Translations under genes and position numbers: made by a program
Assembly: GCA_965215765.1 (NCBI GenBank)
Contig: OZ244118.1
Coordinates: forward strand, 175,292 to 239,291
Direction: 5' to 3'
DNA from: an uncultured candidatus Porisulfidus sp.
GTDB taxonomy: Bacteria > Pseudomonadota > Gammaproteobacteria > Poriferisulfidales > Oxydemutatoraceae
Length of the DNA: 64,000 nt
The notes under the pieces: generated by a model
Database searches by the model: none
What the model saw: the letters and a program-made list of their open reading frames with translations, nothing else
Told to the model about the DNA's origin: nothing
In this document: piece by piece, positions 59,701-64,000 of the stretch
Position numbering within the stretch: position 1 is the first letter of the stretch
How the letters are laid out: every line of letters begins with the position of its first letter

Positions 59701-61208
59701 CGAATGGACGTGGAAAAAACCGGCAGTGGCGTATCGTCGCCCATGGATCCGATTGCTTCCTGCCCAATTTTGGCAAGGACTTTGATGACTTGCTCGCATT
59801 CTTCCGAAGAAACGTCAAACATTTTTTCGTAGATCGCCAATTTTTTGGGAGTGAATGCGGTTTTTAGCAGCAAGTCATCATCAATTGGCGTTGTCAGACG
59901 CCGGGTGTGGGTTTTGACCCACTGGTAATAGGGCTGGCGAGACTTCAGCAAGTCGTCTATTTCCTCCGGTAAGATCAAGCGACCCGTGAGGGTGTCTGCC
60001 GCGATCATTTCGCCGGGTTTCAATCGCCCCTTGAGCACCACGTCTTGTGGCTTGTAATCGCATACGCCTGCTTCAGTGGCCAGGATAATAAGGCGGTCAC
60101 GGGTGACCACGTAACGAGACGGGCGCAAGCCATTACGATCCAAAGCGCATGCTGCATAACGCCCGTCAGTCAAGGCGATTGCCGCCGGCCCATCCCAGGG
60201 TTCGCTGTGCATGGAGTGATAGCTGTAAAAGGCGCGCAGATCAGGGTCGCTGTGGCCGGTGTTTTGCCACGCCGGTGGTATCAGCATGCGCATGGCGCGA
60301 AAGATATCGAGTCCGCCAGCAAGCAGCAACTCCAGCATATTGTCCAGGCTTGAGGAATCGGAACCCTGCTGTGAAACAATGGGAGCCAGTTCTGTCAAAG
60401 CCGGAAGCAATGGTGAGTTCATGATGTGTGCGCGCGCGCTTGCCCAGACCCGGTTGCTGCTTATCGTATTGATCTCGCCGTTGTGCGCCAGAAAACGAAA
60501 GGGTTGTGCCAACCTCCATTGTGGCCAGGTGTTGGTTGAAAAGCGTTGATGGAACAGGCAAATAGAGCTTTGCAGGAGGCTGTCGCGCAAGTCTTCATAA
60601 AAAACCGGCAGGTTTTTCGGCATGATTAGCCCTTTGTACGCGATGACGCGGGAGGAGAGACTCGCGACGTAAAAGGCTTCGTTAGAAACGCCAAGGGCAA
60701 TTTCGGCGCGCCGTCTGGCGATAAAAAGCCGACGTTCGAAGTCCTGGGCATCATCATTTGTGGCGTTTACAAAGATCTGCGCAATAAAAGGCAGGGTTTC
60801 CAGGGCTTTTGCGCCGCAAGCCGAAATGTCTGTAGGAACCTCGCGCCAGCCGGCAACTGTCAACCCTTCGTCGATGAGCTTTTGTTCCAGGATGTGTGTG
60901 CATTTGTGCCGTCTCGCTTTGTGGCGCGGCAAAAACACCGTGCCAGCAGCGAACAGCTTTGCGAGCTTCAGTTTTGCTTCTTCTGCCTTGGCGCGTAAAA
61001 AGAGCTCAGGTTTCTTTAGCAGCAGGCCACACCCGTCGCCAGTTTTTCCGTCTGCCGCAATCGCGCCGCGATGTGTCAATCGGGACAGGGCTTTGATGCC
61101 TGTAGTGACCAGGTGATGGCTCGGCGTGTCGTCCCTGTGAGCGATCAGACCATAGCCGCAACCGTCTTTTTCGAAGGAGGGGTCGTAAAGTCTGTTGTTG
61201 TGTTGCAA
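56751..61208 (-). CDS. gltB: Glutamate synthase large subunit
   Basis: 1485 aa. The CGYG-type Ntn amidotransferase N-terminus follows a short leader. FMN/Fe-S central domain and a C-terminal GXGXG beta-helix domain. Confidence 0.96.
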   Translation of the reverse strand: MQHNNRLYDPSFEKDGCGYGLIAHRDDTPSHHLVTTGIKALSRLTHRGAIAADGKTGDGCGLLLKKPELFLRAKAEEAKLKLAKLFAAGTVFLPRHKARRHKCTHILEQKLIDEGLTVAGWREVPTDISACGAKALETLPFIAQIFVNATNDDAQDFERRLFIARRRAEIALGVSNEAFYVASLSSRVIAYKGLIMPKNLPVFYEDLRDSLLQSSICLFHQRFSTNTWPQWRLAQPFRFLAHNGEINTISSNRVWASARAHIMNSPLLPALTELAPIVSQQGSDSSSLDNMLELLLAGGLDIFRAMRMLIPPAWQNTGHSDPDLRAFYSYHSMHSEPWDGPAAIALTDGRYAACALDRNGLRPSRYVVTRDRLIILATEAGVCDYKPQDVVLKGRLKPGEMIAADTLTGRLILPEEIDDLLKSRQPYYQWVKTHTRRLTTPIDDDLLLKTAFTPKKLAIYEKMFDVSSEECEQVIKVLAKIGQEAIGSMGDDTPLPVFSTSIRSLFDNFRQIFAQVTNPPIDSLREKIVMSLETSFGEEANPFVERPEHARRLALDSPVLSEHKYNALLENPVGYLKHQIFDLNIREELSLQSGLLALCDSAIRAVQENGVRLLVLSDQNIRKGYIPMHSLLACGALHHRLIRAGLRCRVNIVINTGWVRDPHHFAILIGSGATAIHPYLTYQILHALQFKKDPASIDKRNVAGRTYRKAINKGLYKILSKMGISAITSYRGGQLFEIVGLHQEILELCFASTSPRLQGMKFSDLHQDQVDLARRTWNPHRNIRPGGLLKYHGEGEFHAFNPQVVMSLRAAASSGDYEQYKVFAAHVNQRQPMVLRDLLALKLPEAGIPLSEVESAETILPRFDSAGMSLGALSPEAHETLAEAMNALGGRSNSGEGGESSLRFNTPKNSKIKQIASGRFGVTPYYLVNAEVLQIKIAQGAKPGEGGQLPGHKVNDMIAKLRFSKPGISLISPPPHHDIYSIEDLAQLIFDLKQVNPAALVSVKLVAQIGVGTVAVGVAKAYADLITISGYDGGTGASPLSSIKYAGGPWELGLRETHNALIANGLRHKIRLQTDGGLKTGLDIVKAAILGAESFGFGTAPMIAMGCKYLRICHLNNCATGVATQNSVLRRLHFIGKKEMVINYFRFVAEELREWMALLGVRNFTDLIGKTELLEETKTTNPRLRNLSADVLLDKTESTQYPVFCTESGNPPSDQARLANRMLKDMGEAIIAGHGGEYRYEIFNTDRSIGALISGEIAKHHGKKGLADTPITVKFEGTAGQSFGAWNSAGLNLRLEGDANDYVGKGMAGGELVLLPPHLARTLSQETPIMGNTCLYGATGGKCFAAGTAGERFAVRNSGTIAVVEGTGDHACEYMTGGAVVVLGRTGVNFGAGMTGGMAFVFDQEQNFSDRYNRELVEINRLDTEIMESYVEYLYRCIHEHVSKTNSQWGQNISAEFGMLLPKFWFVKPKATELETLLDSLLEAA

Positions 61209-61350
61209 GCTTATGCAGAGTAGATGTGTGGGGGGCTCTCATCTGAGTATATCACGGCCTGGTCTGGCATTCGTTTCGCACTGACCGGTCAATGTTGCCG
61301 TGTTTTTTGTGCTGGCTTGACGAGTTGCGGCTTCCTCTCTGAAAACGCTG

Positions 61351-61359
61351 TGGTATAAT
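61351..61359 (+). promoter_or_regulatory. Candidate extended -10 promoter element (TGgTATAAT) upstream of Ig-like protein B
   Basis: tggtataat at 61351..61359, about 160 nt upstream of the start codon. The paralogous position in copy A (about 50020) reads tggtactataag. Confidence 0.3.
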
Positions 61360-61520
61360 TGGCTGGATTCGAATAGCCAACGGAGTTCCACTTGGAGACA
61401 GCGATTGATTCTGCCGCCTGAGAAAGAGGCAGAGCTTTAGGGTGACAGTGGACGGGAGGGTGCTTCGAGAATGTTTTTTATTTTTAATTTGAGCTTTGAC
61501 TTGGCTCGAAACGGGGGGAT

Positions 61521-63734
61521 GTGCTTGTGTTTATAGACGGTTATGGTTTTTTTGCGGCTTGCAGGAAAATTGCTTGCCTTGCCATTTTGCTTGCATTCTC
61601 GTCGAGTGCCCAGGCGATATTTGTATCGTCACCAGTCAATATCACTTTCGACGAAGAATCAACACTTTATACGAGTACTGCCGAAGAGAACAGTTATGTG
61701 GTGGGAGAACTGACAATTACAGATGGTAGTACGCAGACTCGATGGAGTCTCGTGCAACCGAATTATGGTATAGCCGACTTTGTTCGTTCCCTCCCTACTG
61801 CCAGTACCAGTTCTGGTGATGCTGCAGCCGCAGATGCCGCCACCTTAACCGTGACCTTTTCGACCGCAGGCAAGACAGTTTTTATCAGGTATAGGCTGCT
61901 GAAAAAACTCTCTTCCATTAACATTGATCAATTTAACGTGATTGTTCGGGATGCTGCGAAAGAAACCACGCTGACACTTTTGGTTCCTATTCGTAACAAT
62001 CCACCAAGAGTATATGATTCCGAAAAAGCAGAGATCACCGACCCTACATCCGTTGCTACATATACAGCTACGTTTGTTGTTGGCGGGGTGAGTACGACTG
62101 TGTTCTCGGCAAATGAAGCGGGAGAAAAAAATATGAACGGCAGGCCTCCCTTCTTTACGTGGTCAATTATTCCGAATGTTGACAATCTCGCTACCGTGTT
62201 CTTTGCCAATACCGCTGATAGTCAATTTATTGGAAGTTTACGAGAATCAGAAGTAGGCGTGGTGTATAGAACCCTGGATGAAAACATCGCTAATGCAGGG
62301 TATACGCTAGTGGTGAAAGATACCCTGGGCAGAGCAGCCACCGTTACTGTGTTGCTTACGCCGGAATCTCCGGTGATTAGGCGTAATGGCTCTCCTGCTG
62401 AAGATGGCGAATTGGCTGTCAATATTGGCGAGCTTGATAGTGGGAGCCCGGTTGTGCTTTTAGCTGAACACACCTGCCCGCCGTTGAATCCGAAATGTTT
62501 GCGTTGGTCTAGCGATGACGTAGCTATAAACCCTAGCCCTACGGCAGGGGGAGACACGGTTAGAGTCACAATACCAGAAGGGACAGATGTAGGTGCCTCC
62601 TTTTCTGTTAAGGTTGCGGCTTATGCCTCTGACGACAGACAGCTCTCGGAGACCGCTGTTAACTTAACGATTGTAGCAGACGTGCTGCCGCCCGAAATTG
62701 TGTCAATAGACGGGCAGCGTATACGAAGGACGTTCACTGTTTCGCCAGATTTAGAAACCGTGCGATTTCCTGTCGTTGCCACTGATGATTTTGACCCGGA
62801 AAGCATGACATGGGCGATTTCCAATGCTGCGGGTTCAGGCAAAGGCACCGCCAGCTTCGTCGTGATGGATGGGATGATGAAATCAACCGCCACAACCGCC
62901 AGGGGGTCAAATGTCATGGTCGACTTTAAGAAAGGATCAGAAAATTCGTCATTTACATTCACTGTGACGGATCGCGCAGGGCTTGTTGATACGGCCACGG
63001 TGACTGTTGAGCCGCGGGTTGTTGGTTCTTCTACTGATCCTGAAGCAGCAAACTGGAACACGGTGCAATCTGTACCAGCGGAGACAGGTTCAAGCGTGGT
63101 TTTGACATTCAGGGCAGAAGATCCTGGACTTGGAGAAAAAGCTGCTCTGAGGTGGTCAGTAGAATTCCTTCAAGGTCTTGTTTTTGATAGCACAGATAGC
63201 ATGACCGTGATCGCGGGTCCGGAAGCCAAGCTCGTGTTCCGCTTTTCTCCAAGTGCGCAACGTGAAAGGGCCTTCCAAGTTCGGGTAACAAATTCCGGTA
63301 ATAAATACGTCGAGGAAGTCATTCATTTGACCAGTAGTACCAGGGTCGAAATCGAAAATGAACCCATAGTAACGTATCAGGTCGGTAGTGCGTCTTTCAG
63401 CCGCAGTGGGGCTGGAGGAATGATAGGTTTTCCAATAAATCGGGTGGCAACAGGCATCTCGTTTAGTGCCTACGACCCGCTTCAGAGTGGCGTGCTCACG
63501 TGGATATTAGGAGAACAGTCTGGCTTGAAGGCATCTTTTGTCGGTACAAATAAGGGGGAGAATGTCGTAGTCCGGTTCGAGGAGCCACCCGTGGAGGGGA
63601 GCTATTTCATTATTCTGGTCAGCAATTTAATTGGGCGAGATGATATGATCTTTGCTAATACCATACGTGTGGATTTTGTGCCCGGAGGGCCGCAACTCAG
63701 GATCAGAACATTTCTGGGTGGTGCCGTCCGCTGA
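61521..63734 (+). CDS. Large secreted Ig/cadherin-like repeat protein B (C-terminal ...FLGGAVR tail)
   Basis: 737 aa. GTG start (alternative GTG at 61527). Signal peptide ...CLAILLAFSSSAQA|IF. Same module plan as protein A. Tail is QLRIRTFLGGAVR-stop. Confidence 0.8.
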   Translation: MLVFIDGYGFFAACRKIACLAILLAFSSSAQAIFVSSPVNITFDEESTLYTSTAEENSYVVGELTITDGSTQTRWSLVQPNYGIADFVRSLPTASTSSGDAAAADAATLTVTFSTAGKTVFIRYRLLKKLSSINIDQFNVIVRDAAKETTLTLLVPIRNNPPRVYDSEKAEITDPTSVATYTATFVVGGVSTTVFSANEAGEKNMNGRPPFFTWSIIPNVDNLATVFFANTADSQFIGSLRESEVGVVYRTLDENIANAGYTLVVKDTLGRAATVTVLLTPESPVIRRNGSPAEDGELAVNIGELDSGSPVVLLAEHTCPPLNPKCLRWSSDDVAINPSPTAGGDTVRVTIPEGTDVGASFSVKVAAYASDDRQLSETAVNLTIVADVLPPEIVSIDGQRIRRTFTVSPDLETVRFPVVATDDFDPESMTWAISNAAGSGKGTASFVVMDGMMKSTATTARGSNVMVDFKKGSENSSFTFTVTDRAGLVDTATVTVEPRVVGSSTDPEAANWNTVQSVPAETGSSVVLTFRAEDPGLGEKAALRWSVEFLQGLVFDSTDSMTVIAGPEAKLVFRFSPSAQRERAFQVRVTNSGNKYVEEVIHLTSSTRVEIENEPIVTYQVGSASFSRSGAGGMIGFPINRVATGISFSAYDPLQSGVLTWILGEQSGLKASFVGTNKGENVVVRFEEPPVEGSYFIILVSNLIGRDDMIFANTIRVDFVPGGPQLRIRTFLGGAVR

Positions 63735-64000
63735 GGAATTGACCTTGGTGCCCTTCGGGTGGGCAATACGCTAACCAGACGTGACTTTGGCCTCGGTTCC
63801 TGCCAGGCCAAGGTATCCCGCACTGTAGCCTTGGCGTTGTGAGGTCTCTCTGACCCGGGTCGACAATGTTTCTTTGAAGTATTCGGGAAAGAGTATCGTC
63901 AGTACAGCTTATTAAAGGTCAGCAGGACTGGACGCCTTTGGTTGCCCTCTCGTGTTACCTGGCCGTTTCCCGAATCGCCTTGTTGCACTCTGAGCAGTGA

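Noticed and set aside
1-64000. IS elements, transposases or integrases as drivers of the duplications
   Set aside because: No ORF in the six-frame track resembles a transposase, integrase or recombinase, and no terminal inverted repeats were seen at the duplication junctions.

Overview
Proteobacterial (gamma/beta-like) chromosomal window, about half GC by eye. The backbone is housekeeping: parB 3' end, ribF-ileS-lspA-ispH, pyrF, gshA, ampD, a macro-domain gene, an aapJQMP-like amino-acid ABC transporter, tadA, xthA, ampG, dtd, ffh, glnA, dnaG and gltB. It also holds a type IV minor-pilin operon (fimT-pilV-pilW-pilX-pilE, no pilY1) and an isolated Ysc-type T3SS sub-cluster (sctF, TPR chaperone, sctI, sctJ, sctK, sctL). 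No transposase, integrase, CRISPR, tRNA or rRNA was recognised. Two things stand out. (1) Five large Sec-signal surface proteins from two unrelated architectures (three GLUG-motif beta-helix proteins, two Ig/cadherin-like repeat proteins) all end in the same peptide, R-x-[FL]-L-G-G-A-V-R-stop. It is conserved at amino-acid but not codon level, which suggests an undescribed C-terminal sorting or processing tag. (2) The window is full of tandem amplifications whose units span gene ends. There are at least ten loci with units of 97 to 331 bp. There are also two larger segmental duplications (gshA'-pyrF-GLUG triplicated; an ~11.3 kb glnA'-dnaG-gltB-Ig block duplicated). These leave decayed housekeeping fragments and a dnaG::gltB chimeric pseudogene. 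An AT-rich secreted-protein gene is inserted between the two copies of one such duplication.
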